Shown here: one piece after another, positions 19,428 through 28,405 of the stretch
Position numbering within the stretch: position 1 is the first letter of the stretch
Layout: each line of letters starts with the position of its first letter
From: an uncultured delta proteobacterium
Lineage (GTDB): Bacteria; Desulfobacterota; Binatia; UBA9968
Length of the DNA: 64,000 nucleotides
Direction: 5' to 3'
Assembly: GCA_963727625.1 (NCBI GenBank)
Contig: CAVSHR010000002.1
Location: forward strand, 32,001 to 96,000
The notes under the pieces: model-generated
Databases searched by the model: none
What the model was told of the DNA's origin: nothing
What the model saw: the letters and a program-made list of their open reading frames with translations, nothing else
Program-made: the position numbers and the translations under genes

Positions 19428-20069
19428 GTGAAGATTTACGATATTTCATTGACCCTGTCACCCGAGTCGATTCGTTGGGTGACCGCGCAGCCGCTCGAGT
19501 TGATCGGCCGTAAACGCATGCGTAAAGGCGACACGAATAATTCCTCGTCGATTCACTCCAGCGTTCATGCCGGCACGCACGTCGATGCGCCGTTTCATTT
19601 CGTGCCCGATGGCATCACGATCGAAGCATTGCCGCTGGAAACCTTCATCGGTCCGGCGCGCGTGTGCGCCGTCGAGGCCGGCACTCATGTTACGGCGGCT
19701 GATGTCGCCAAGGCTGGGGTGCAAGGCGAGACGCGAATCTTGTTCAAAACCCGCAATTCCGAGCTGTTAAAGAAGGGCGTATACGATCCCAGCTTCGCGC
19801 CGTTTTCCGTGGACGCCGCCAAAGCGCTCGTCGATCTCGGCGTGAAACTGGTCGGGCTCGATTATCTTTCGGCAGCGGGAGCGAACGAGCAGGTGTCGGT
19901 GCACCGCGCGTTTCTCGATCACGGCGTAATCTTGCTCGAAGGGGTCGACCTATCCCAAGTGTCGCCGGGCCGCTACGAGCTCTTCTGCCCGCCGGTGAAG
20001 CTTGCCGGATCGGACGGCGCGCCGTGCCGCGCGGTGCTGCGCGAGCTGTTAGGCAGTACAGGTTTGTAG
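19428..20069 (+). CDS. Cyclase family / kynurenine formamidase-like metallohydrolase
   Basis: HAGTHVDAPFH, GLDYLS, GSDGAPCRA. Confidence 0.9.
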   Translation: MKIYDISLTLSPESIRWVTAQPLELIGRKRMRKGDTNNSSSIHSSVHAGTHVDAPFHFVPDGITIEALPLETFIGPARVCAVEAGTHVTAADVAKAGVQGETRILFKTRNSELLKKGVYDPSFAPFSVDAAKALVDLGVKLVGLDYLSAAGANEQVSVHRAFLDHGVILLEGVDLSQVSPGRYELFCPPVKLAGSDGAPCRAVLRELLGSTGL

Positions 20070-20093
20070 GGGCGTAAAATTTTACGCCCCTAC
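20066..20093. repeat. GTAG-type REP palindrome (28 bp, perfect)
   Basis: GTAGGGGCGTAAAA|TTTTACGCCCCTAC; contains the TAG stop of the cyclase gene. Confidence 0.8.
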
Positions 20094-20134
20094 GCTTTTG
20101 CGACCAGCAACAGGATGTTTACGAACGGGTAGTT

Positions 20135-20995
20135 ATGCAACCGAGATTCAGCCCGGCCATTATTGTCCACGGCGGTGCCGGACCGATCAAAGATGAAAGT
20201 CTGCCTGCCCGGCTCGACGGCTGCGAGGCTGCGGCGTTAACGGGCTGGAAGACCCTGCAAGCAGGCGGTTCCGCGCTCGATGCCGTCGAGACGGCGGTGG
20301 TCGCACTCGAAGATAATCCACTGTTCAACGCGGGCACAGGCTCGACGCTCAATAGCCTCGGAAAGATCGAGATGGACGCGGCGGTCATGGAAGGGAGTTC
20401 GCTTCGCGCCGGCGCGGTGGCGGCCGTGAGCGGCATAAAGAATCCGATCAAACTGGCGCGTCGATTGATGGAAGATGGGCGCCATGTCATGCTCGCGGGC
20501 GAAGGCGCTCTGCTGTTCGCGCGCGAAATAGGTTTCCCCGAGTGCACGCCCGAAGCGCTCGTCGTCGACCGTGAAAAAAAGCGCTGGGAAAGCAAGCATG
20601 GCACGGTTGGATGCGTTGCCTTCGATGGGATGGGTAAATTTGCCGTTGCAACCTCGACAGGAGGCATCTTCAACAAACTGCCCGGCCGGGTCGGCGACTC
20701 GCCGTTGATCGGTTGCGGCACTTACGCGAATCAATACGGCGCGGTTTCCTGCACCGGCCAGGGCGAAGCGATCATGCGCGTCGTGATGGCGCGTGACGCC
20801 ACGCAATTGTTGCAGGATGGCATCGAGGCCGGCGACGCCGCGCGCATGGCCGTCGAAACCCTCGAGGAGCTGACCGGCAGCACCGCCGGCATCATTCTCA
20901 TCGACCGCCACGGCAGGATCGGCTATGCGCGCAACACCACGCATATGCCGGTCTGTTCGATGACAGGCCCGGGCAATGTAAAGCTGGACAACTAG
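20135..20995 (+). CDS. Isoaspartyl peptidase/L-asparaginase (Ntn hydrolase)
   Basis: HGGAG, FNAG.GS, GTVG, ATSTGG, GRVGDSP, TGQGE. Confidence 0.93.
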   Translation: MQPRFSPAIIVHGGAGPIKDESLPARLDGCEAAALTGWKTLQAGGSALDAVETAVVALEDNPLFNAGTGSTLNSLGKIEMDAAVMEGSSLRAGAVAAVSGIKNPIKLARRLMEDGRHVMLAGEGALLFAREIGFPECTPEALVVDREKKRWESKHGTVGCVAFDGMGKFAVATSTGGIFNKLPGRVGDSPLIGCGTYANQYGAVSCTGQGEAIMRVVMARDATQLLQDGIEAGDAARMAVETLEELTGSTAGIILIDRHGRIGYARNTTHMPVCSMTGPGNVKLDN

Positions 20996-21022
20996 ACGAT
21001 TGTCTCATCGAAAGGATACAAC

Positions 21023-21982
21023 ATGATCATCGACTTCGAGCATCATTATATTCCCGTCGAGCTGGGCGAGCGGATGGGCATGAAAACCGACAGCAAGGTT
21101 CCGGTTCGGCAGGGCGATGCGGCGATTCACTCGCAGCTGTTCGATCTGAACGCGCAAATTCGCGACATGGACCGTGCCGGCATCGACGTTGCCGTGCAGA
21201 GCTGTATCCTCGGCTGGGATACGACACTGGAGAACTGCAAGCTGCTGAACGACTGCACGGCGCGGGCGCAGAAAGATTTTGCCGGCCGTTTTGTCGGCTT
21301 GGCTCATATTCCGCCGTTGGGCGAGGAAGCCGCGCTGGCGGAATTAACCCGCGCGGTGAGCGAGCTCGGCTTGAAGGGCGTGACGATCGCGTCGCAGGCA
21401 AGCGGCTTGTCACTCGATGCCAAGGAGTTTCAGCCGATTTTCGCGCGTGCGTCCGAGCTCGGTGCGGTGGTTTTCGTTCATCCGGCCCTGGGCCCGAAGG
21501 GCTATGATCTTATGAAAGATTACATGTTGCCGGTGATTCTCACCCGCGAGTTTGATCTGGGTGTCGCCGTGACCCGGCTGATCGCCGGCGGCGTGCTCGA
21601 CCGTTACCCCGAGCTGCGACTCGTCTTTGCTCATTTCGGCGGCGGCATGGCCGGTTACAAGGAAAGAATTTCCCGGTCCTCCTATCGGTTCAAATTGCCA
21701 AAGTCCTTCGACGATTATTTTAACCTTCTCTATTTTGACATGGCCGGTTACGAGGGCAGCCCGATTGCGCTGCGCTGCGCGCTGGAGGGCATCCGTCCTG
21801 AGCGCATGCTTTTCGCCACGGACTACCCGCAAAATTTTAACAGCAGCGATCCAAAACAGGGGAAGAGTATCGACGGTGTCGCCGAGTATATCAACGAGAT
21901 CCGCGGGCTGCCGCTGGACGAGAAAGCTAAAGAGAGCATGCTCGGCGGCACGGCCGCGAAGCTGCTAAAGATCGCGCAGTAA
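21023..21982 (+). CDS. Amidohydrolase_2 family (ACMSD-like decarboxylase/hydrolase)
   Basis: IDFEHH, FVHP, HFGG, FATDYP. Confidence 0.88.
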   Translation: MIIDFEHHYIPVELGERMGMKTDSKVPVRQGDAAIHSQLFDLNAQIRDMDRAGIDVAVQSCILGWDTTLENCKLLNDCTARAQKDFAGRFVGLAHIPPLGEEAALAELTRAVSELGLKGVTIASQASGLSLDAKEFQPIFARASELGAVVFVHPALGPKGYDLMKDYMLPVILTREFDLGVAVTRLIAGGVLDRYPELRLVFAHFGGGMAGYKERISRSSYRFKLPKSFDDYFNLLYFDMAGYEGSPIALRCALEGIRPERMLFATDYPQNFNSSDPKQGKSIDGVAEYINEIRGLPLDEKAKESMLGGTAAKLLKIAQ

Positions 21983-22007
21983 GCAGACCAACAACAGGAG
22001 GGCAGAG

Positions 22008-22598
22008 ATGTTACGGATCAAAGGCATCGGCAAAGAGGAAGCTTCCGAGGAGACGCGTCAAATTTTCGAGGAGCAAGAAAAACAATACGGTTCGATTCTC
22101 AATACGGCGAAGGTCTACGGCCTGCGGCCGACCATTCAAAAAGGTGTGCAGGCGCTGCAAGCGGGGATCCTCGCTTCGGGATTGATCGGCGCCGACCTGC
22201 GCCATTTGTTGTGCATGAAAGCCGCCAGCGTCAACGGTTGCCCTTATTGAATCGACATCAACGCATCCAGTGGGATGCGCAACGGGGCGCCGGCGGAGAA
22301 GGTGGAGGCGGCACTGGGCGTTTACAAAAAGAGCCCGCTCTTTTCCATGCGCGAAAAACTGGCGTTGGAGCTGTGCGAGCGGATGACTTACACTAACAAG
22401 CGGGTGACGGACCGCTTCTTCAAGCGACTCCAGCGCCATTTCTCCGAAGAAGAGCTGGTCGAGCTGGCGGCGATCATCGGCCTGGAAAATTTCCGCAGCA
22501 AGTTCAATCCGGTCTTCGCCGTCGAGGCCCAAGGCTTCTGTCCGCTGCCGGCGGTAAAGGAAGTCGCGGCTCAGGCGGCCAGCCACTTTCATAAGTAA
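22008..22598 (+). CDS. AhpD/carboxymuconolactone decarboxylase family selenoprotein; Sec at TGA 22248-22250
   Basis: ORF 22008-22250 ends NGCPY-TGA (CxxU) and continues in frame IDINASSG...FSMREKLAL...FSEEELVEL; hairpin 11 nt downstream. Confidence 0.88.
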
Positions 22599-22639
22599 GC
22601 CGAACCGGTCGAGAGGTTGAAGATGCGGGAGGTTTTACG

Positions 22640-22834
22640 ATTCTGCGCGCGATCGCGATTTTGGTTTTCGTTCTTCTAGCGCAATCGTCCCCGGCCGCGT
22701 CGAGGCCAACAAAATTTACTATCCCCGTGCTGTCGAAGAGCCTCTCGATCATGCCGTACTAACTCATTGCCAAGATGTTCAGGCCGGATGATTTGGAAGA
22801 TGTGAGCGTGTTGAAGAAAGTGCAGGACCGTTAA
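22640..22834 (+). pseudogene. Possible collapsed remnant of an NMT1-like substrate-binding protein
   Basis: Signal-peptide-like ILRAIAILVFVLLAQ..., TKFTIPVLSKSLSIMPY*, then C-terminus-like PDDLEDVSVLKKVQ*. Confidence 0.35.
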
Positions 22835-22853
22835 GTCTGATGATGGACCCCGC

Positions 22854-23876
22854 TTACCGTTTGTAATTCTCGCTTCCCCAGATCTCTTTCATAAAGCCGC
22901 TTTTTTCCAGATTATTGACGAAGCTGTTGTCATAGATCTCTTCGGGTTTTCTTCTGACCGGCGCGCCGTTTTCGCGGGCAAGCTCGACGGCTTCGGCGAC
23001 GGCTTTGGCCGGAACAACCATGGTACGGTCGAGGATTTCCCGGGCGTAAACATCATAGGCGGATTGCAACGCCTGCGGGTCTTTGGTGCGCATGGCTTTG
23101 CCTATGGAGGCCTTGGCCTTGTCGGGATTCTTCTCGACGAAGTGGATGATTTCTGCGAAGGCGGCAACCATGCGCTGGACGATCTCGGGGCGCTCGCGCA
23201 GCATCTTGTAACTGGTGTGAAGCGAGCTGTAGACGAACGGCAGGTTGAGATTGATCAAGCGGTAGAGCACGTTGAATCCTTGGTTTTTGGCGCGCACATC
23301 AAGGGGCGGCGTAATGATGACGCCCTGGACGATGCCCGCGGCCATAGCTTGGTAGCGCTCGCCCTGGCTGCCGCCGATGGGGCGAATCGTGACGGACTCA
23401 GGAGGCAGCCCCATTTTTTTCACCACTGCCCGCGAAAGCCGATCGCTCAAGTCACCGACACGCGCGACGCCCAAGGCTTTTCCCTTAAGATCCTCGGGGC
23501 GCTTGATCTCCGGACGGGTGACCAATACGTAGGGTAACTTGACCAGCGGCGAGGCGATGATTTTTGCGTCGATGCCCGCTGCCAAACCGGGGATGGTCGC
23601 GTCGGCGGCACAGTAGGTGAATTGAACTTCGTCGCCGGAAAGCGCCGAGAGATTGGGACCGCTGCCGCGGATAAAAATATTCTCGAATTTCATGCCGTAC
23701 TTGTCGAACAAGCCGTTGTCGAGCGCCGTGTAGAGGTGCACGAAGCCGCCGGAAACAGCGCAGGTCGAAATTCTAAAATTAAGGACCTTCTCGCCTGGTT
23801 TCGGCAGGTAGGGATTGGCGAAAGCGACGGAGGCAACCAGAACGTAAAGGCAGGCGACGATTGCTAATTTCTTCAT
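22854..23876 (-). CDS. ABC transporter substrate-binding protein, NMT1/TauA-like
   Basis: Signal peptide; GLFDKYG, EDLKGK.LGV, DNSFVNNLEKSGF. Confidence 0.85.
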   Translation of the reverse strand: MKKLAIVACLYVLVASVAFANPYLPKPGEKVLNFRISTCAVSGGFVHLYTALDNGLFDKYGMKFENIFIRGSGPNLSALSGDEVQFTYCAADATIPGLAAGIDAKIIASPLVKLPYVLVTRPEIKRPEDLKGKALGVARVGDLSDRLSRAVVKKMGLPPESVTIRPIGGSQGERYQAMAAGIVQGVIITPPLDVRAKNQGFNVLYRLINLNLPFVYSSLHTSYKMLRERPEIVQRMVAAFAEIIHFVEKNPDKAKASIGKAMRTKDPQALQSAYDVYAREILDRTMVVPAKAVAEAVELARENGAPVRRKPEEIYDNSFVNNLEKSGFMKEIWGSENYKR

Positions 23877-24232
23877 AATGGCTGGAATCTACTCTAAACC
23901 CGACGGGCTTGTAAATAGAGAATCAGTCATTCCGGAATTCAACCCAAGACCGGTCGAATTCCGGTGGTTTTGCCGGTCAGGTATCTAGATTTCCGGTAAC
24001 GCGACAATCCGTGGAGGCTCGAATTTAGAAGGCAAGTATGCGGGATGTCGCCACTCGAAGCAGCGTCGGCCGTTCGCCGGCTCGCGGTAGAAAAGGATTG
24101 GCCGCTCGTAAAGGGAAATTTAAATGAGCGTCTGTTGACGTTTTACCGCGGGCTGACTTATTTATGGGGTGGTCCGGTTGCGAATCGGCGCGCCGCCGAT
24201 TGAATTAGAGCTTGGTTTGAAATGAGGTCAAT

Positions 24233-25189
24233 ATGCTCCGTAAAAAGAATTGGATGAAGATAATAACAATTGCGTTCGTGCTCTTGTACGGCTCGAAGGG
24301 CTCATACGGGCAGACGCAAAAGATCCGCATCTCGCTGTCGAGCCGAAGCAACACCAACACATCCTATTATGTCGCGCAAGCCAAGGGATTATTCAAAGAC
24401 GAAGGATTGGAGGTCGAGTTTATTCAGGTCAATCCCCGTCTTGGCGCCATGGCGGTATTGAACGGGGATGTGACCTTTACGACATCTTTCGTCAGCACCT
24501 TCCGCGGCGTCGTCCAGGGGTTGCCGATGAAGACTGTCTTCATCTTGCTCAAGAAGGGCGTTTATTTCTTAATGGTGCGGCCCGATATCATCAAGGATAT
24601 TCAAGATCTGAAAGGCAAGAAATTGGGCGTCACGGCGGTCAATGGCGGCGATCACATCATCGGCAGGGAGCTGCTGCGCATGAAAGGATTCGATCCGAGT
24701 CTGGTGCAGGCGATCGCCGTGGGTGCCCCGTCATTAAGGCTTCAGGCGGTGGTCACCGGCGCCGTGCAGGCGGTTTCTGTGCCGCCGCCGTACGATTTGA
24801 TGCTGCAAAAAATGGGCTTAAAAGCTATTTCCGGCCCGCCGGAAATCGGCGTGCCATCGTCGGGGCTGTTCGCCGCCAACAAGCTAATAAATGAAAATCC
24901 ACAAATCCTACGGCACACGATCCGGGCTCTGCTCAAAGCCAACCGTTTCATAGAAGCCAACCGTGAAGAGACGATCCGCATCATGGCTAACGCAGTGCAG
25001 CAACCACCGGAGACCGCGGCGCGTTCTTACGACGTGGAGCTCAAAGCGCTCGCCAAGGACGGCACGATGACCGACGCGGAGATCGAGTTTCAGATGGCGC
25101 GCTTGGCGGACAAAAAGCGGCCGCTGGACGAGATCCGCGATTTTTCCTTCGCACGCCAGGCGCTCAAGGAATTGGAATCGGGAAAGTAG
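24233..25189 (+). CDS. ABC transporter substrate-binding protein, NMT1/TauA-like
   Basis: KGLFKDEGLEVE, QDLKGKKLGV, DFSFARQA. Confidence 0.85.
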   Translation: MLRKKNWMKIITIAFVLLYGSKGSYGQTQKIRISLSSRSNTNTSYYVAQAKGLFKDEGLEVEFIQVNPRLGAMAVLNGDVTFTTSFVSTFRGVVQGLPMKTVFILLKKGVYFLMVRPDIIKDIQDLKGKKLGVTAVNGGDHIIGRELLRMKGFDPSLVQAIAVGAPSLRLQAVVTGAVQAVSVPPPYDLMLQKMGLKAISGPPEIGVPSSGLFAANKLINENPQILRHTIRALLKANRFIEANREETIRIMANAVQQPPETAARSYDVELKALAKDGTMTDAEIEFQMARLADKKRPLDEIRDFSFARQALKELESGK

Positions 25190-25196
25190 CTCTAGG

Positions 25197-25433
25197 TCAG
25201 CGGTTGGTTGGGCCAAGCGTTTCCAACGATTTTGGTTGACGGCGCTGCAGGCGCAGTCCCTTCAGCCCCAGGGCGAGCAACATGAGCCGCATCATCAGCC
25301 AACCAGAGGCGGATTTGAGCTGCGGGTCATTAAAAATATTTTCATGCGTCAGAACTTCGAACCAGGCCAAGCCGACGCCGGATAGAAACAGGATTGACAA
25401 GAACAAAGCCGTGTAGCGCACCAAGGGTTTCAT
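25197..25433 (-). CDS. Small membrane protein, hypothetical
   Basis: 78 aa with two hydrophobic segments. Confidence 0.4.
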   Translation of the reverse strand: MKPLVRYTALFLSILFLSGVGLAWFEVLTHENIFNDPQLKSASGWLMMRLMLLALGLKGLRLQRRQPKSLETLGPTNR

Positions 25434-25471
25434 GGACAGATTGTTCGATAGGAGTGCTTTCTCCGGTCAGA

Positions 25472-25957
25472 TCACGGCCGAATGCAAATCGTTGTGACAG
25501 CGGCGATTTGGTATATGCCCGACATGAAACGGCAAATGCACAGCTCGACCGGGCCTAACTTCGACAACTTCTTCACCCGGTCGATGACTTCCTTGCGGCC
25601 GAGCATTTGGTCGAGATAGATCCCGCTGCCGGGCATGCCGAGAGTCAAGCCGTCGGGCTTCGCAACGCCGAAGACATAACTTGTCGCGGTTAATGAACCG
25701 GCGCCGGGCATGTTCTGGACGATGATATTCGGATTGCCCGGGATATGCTTGCCCATGTGGCGAGCGAGGATGCGGGCGTAATGGTCATAAAGGCCGCCCG
25801 CGCTGAAGCCGACGATGATGCGAATGGTTTTGTCTTTGTAAAACAGCGTCGATTGGGCTTGTAATCGGGCGCTGAAGATCGACCCAAAAACCACGATCGT
25901 CACAGCGCTGATTACAGCCAATCCGAAGATGCTGTTCCTGTTTGCGCGAGTTTTCAT
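25472..25957 (-). pseudogene. Truncated Bug/TctC (tripartite tricarboxylate transporter) receptor
   Basis: FYKDKTIRIIVGFSAGG.YD.YAR...HIPGNP.IIVQNMPGAGS...KPDGLT, family similarity lost after LGRKEV; about half normal length. Confidence 0.75.
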
Positions 25958-26064
25958 CCTGACCTCCGTGGCTAAATGGCTCACCCGCTTGTACGGGAAG
26001 TCCCTGTGTCTCTACAATCGGATGCTTGACAGGTTTGTCTGCGCGGTTTTACTTTCTAATCATA

Positions 26065-26769
26065 ATGAGTTTGTTGAACTTTCCCGGCATCGCCGTGATT
26101 CCTGCGGGTTGGTTTCTCATGGGCAGCGACCAGGGACAGGAAAACGAACGGCCCCGGCGTCGCGTCCGGATTGATAGCTTCGGCATCGCTCAATTTCCCG
26201 TGACGAATCGTGAATACAAAGAATTTCTCGCCGATACCCAGCGGCCGGCGCCTCCCTTTTGGGGAGACCCGGTGTTTGCCGGATCATGCCAGCCGGTAGT
26301 GGGCGTCGATTGGTACGAAGCTGAGGCGTATTGTCGCTGGTTGAGCGAGCGGACGGGCACGGAAATGCGTCTGCCCTCGGAGGCCGAACGGGAGCGCGCC
26401 GCGCGCGGCCAGCTGGAAGGCGCGGCTTACCCCTGGGGGGATGAGCCGCCGTGGGAACGAGCTTACAAGGGCTGCGATCAAAAAACCGGCGGCCCGGCGC
26501 CGGTGGGAGGCAACGAGCCGAACGGTTTCGGGCTCTACGATATGAGCGAAGGTGTGCATGAGTGGTGCAGCGATTATTACGATTACAATTATTACCGCTA
26601 TGCGCCGGCAAAAAATCCGCTCGGCCCGCGGTCCGGACAGCGCCGCTCATCGCGCGGCGGCTCATGGCGGCATAAAATTAAATTCAGCCGCTGCGCCGCG
26701 CGCAGCTCGCTGCCGCCGAGCTTTAAATATTCCGACTACGGTTTTAGAGTGGCGATGACGATAGCATGA
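26065..26769 (+). CDS. Formylglycine-generating enzyme (FGE/SUMF1) family protein
   Basis: IPAG.FLMGS, VTN.EY, PVVGV.W..A..YC.W, RLPSEAE, NGFGLYDM, RGGSW, GFRV. Confidence 0.9.
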   Translation: MSLLNFPGIAVIPAGWFLMGSDQGQENERPRRRVRIDSFGIAQFPVTNREYKEFLADTQRPAPPFWGDPVFAGSCQPVVGVDWYEAEAYCRWLSERTGTEMRLPSEAERERAARGQLEGAAYPWGDEPPWERAYKGCDQKTGGPAPVGGNEPNGFGLYDMSEGVHEWCSDYYDYNYYRYAPAKNPLGPRSGQRRSSRGGSWRHKIKFSRCAARSSLPPSFKYSDYGFRVAMTIA

Positions 26770-26848
26770 ACCAGTTCAAGTTGTTCAAAACGTTTGATTG
26801 GGATTTTGAAAATCCCGGATACGACTCTCGGTGATGGATTAACAGAGC

Positions 26849-27859
26849 ATGTACGCGAAACGCTTTGTCAATTTTCTTGCCGACCCCGATGTGGCCATCG
26901 ATCTCGGCACGGCGAACACGCGAGTTTTTGTCCTTAACCGCGGCGTGGTCGCGGAGCAGCCGACCAGAGTTTTGTCGGGTGGCGCAGCATCCCACACAAA
27001 CGAGGTTCCCGATCGGAAGATGACCGGACCGGCGCAGGAGCTCTCGGTGCCTCTATGCGGCGGTGTCGTTCACGATATCGACGCTGCCGCGCAGCTGCTC
27101 GGCGGATTGCTGCGCCGGGCGCGCCGGCTCGGCTGGATCAAGCCGAGGGCGATCGTTTGCGCGCCCTCCGACGCCAATTCCGCAGAGCGCGCTAATTTAA
27201 TCGAGACGGTGCGCCGTTCGGGCATCTCGCAAATTAAAATTTTGCCCGAGCCCTTGGCCTCGGCGGTAGGCGCCGGACTCGACATTTCCTCCTCCTACGG
27301 CCAGATGCTGGTCGACATCGGCGACGGGGTCACGGATTTAGCCGTGATTCGCTCGCGCCGGATCATCGCGACTCGAACGACGCGCCACGCCGCGGGCGAC
27401 TTGCGCGCGGCCTTGCAAGCCCTCGTGCGCCACCGAAAAAATTTAAATTTACGGCAGCGCGAGGCTGAACGCTTGGTTCAACAAAACGGCGTCATCGACC
27501 AAGCGAAACCAGAGCGACCGCTGTCCGCCATGGCGCTGGACCCCGGCGGCGCTGCCGTGCCGATCGAACTCCAGCCGAGAGAAGTCGTCGAGGCGGTTGA
27601 CCCGGTGCTCGCGAAAATCGTCGAATTGATCCGCGCCACGCTCAAGGACTTGCCTGCGGAGTTGGCCGTCGAGGTGCTAGAAAGCGGCATCTGCCTCAGC
27701 GGCGGCGGCGCCTGTTTGCGCGGGATTGATCATTTGATCGCGCGCGAGACATGCGCCGAGGTCAGAATCGCCGCCGATCCGTTGCGCAGCACCATCATCG
27801 GCGCTGGCGAGATCCTTGCCGGTCTCAGCCAGACCGGATCGTGGGAAACCGATTGGTAG
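26849..27859 (+). CDS. MreB/Mbl-like actin-family ATPase (paralog, no mreCD)
   Basis: AIDLGTANT, EPLASAVGAGL, VDIGDG.TD, GICLSGGGA, DPL. Confidence 0.88.
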   Translation: MYAKRFVNFLADPDVAIDLGTANTRVFVLNRGVVAEQPTRVLSGGAASHTNEVPDRKMTGPAQELSVPLCGGVVHDIDAAAQLLGGLLRRARRLGWIKPRAIVCAPSDANSAERANLIETVRRSGISQIKILPEPLASAVGAGLDISSSYGQMLVDIGDGVTDLAVIRSRRIIATRTTRHAAGDLRAALQALVRHRKNLNLRQREAERLVQQNGVIDQAKPERPLSAMALDPGGAAVPIELQPREVVEAVDPVLAKIVELIRATLKDLPAELAVEVLESGICLSGGGACLRGIDHLIARETCAEVRIAADPLRSTIIGAGEILAGLSQTGSWETDW

Positions 27860-28405
27860 CGCCAGGGCCGGCACTCCGTTGATTTCACCCGATCGATCTT
27901 CGGCCGTCCAGTTATTTGGCGCCGCTCAACATGTCCTGCCAGCGGTCCATTCCCTGCCGACCCATGGTCGGCAATTTTTTCGTTTGACGTAAGCGACCGT
28001 TGCGAGCTAAAAGGCGACCCATTGCCGCGCGATGGTGTTTTGACGCGCCAAAGAATTCAAATCGGGAGAGGAGTTTTGTCCTGAACCGCTGGACATGTGA
28101 ACAAGGGGTCATTAGCAGCGTGCTTAATTGGCGACTCAGTGGCCATCGTTTCATGGCAAGTGTAGGTTGAGGTGAAAATAAGCCATTGTCCGTAACCCGC
28201 TTGACCGAAAGAGTTCTCGAAGTAGGATACGCCGCAGGCTGGTAGCACCGATGACGCGAGGTCGATCATGACCGACAGTGATGAAGTGAGTGCAGGTTCC
28301 GTTTGGCACACGATGTCTAAAGTCGTTCTCGGCGCAGAGATCTCTATGACTTGATCTAAATGTCGCAATTTCTCGACTTGGCTCGAAAGCGAAAGGAGCA
28401 GTCCA

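Noticed and set aside
28200-28350. Possible methyltransferase remnant (RVLEVGYAAG...VLGAEIS)
   Set aside because: Too short and interrupted to support without a database search.
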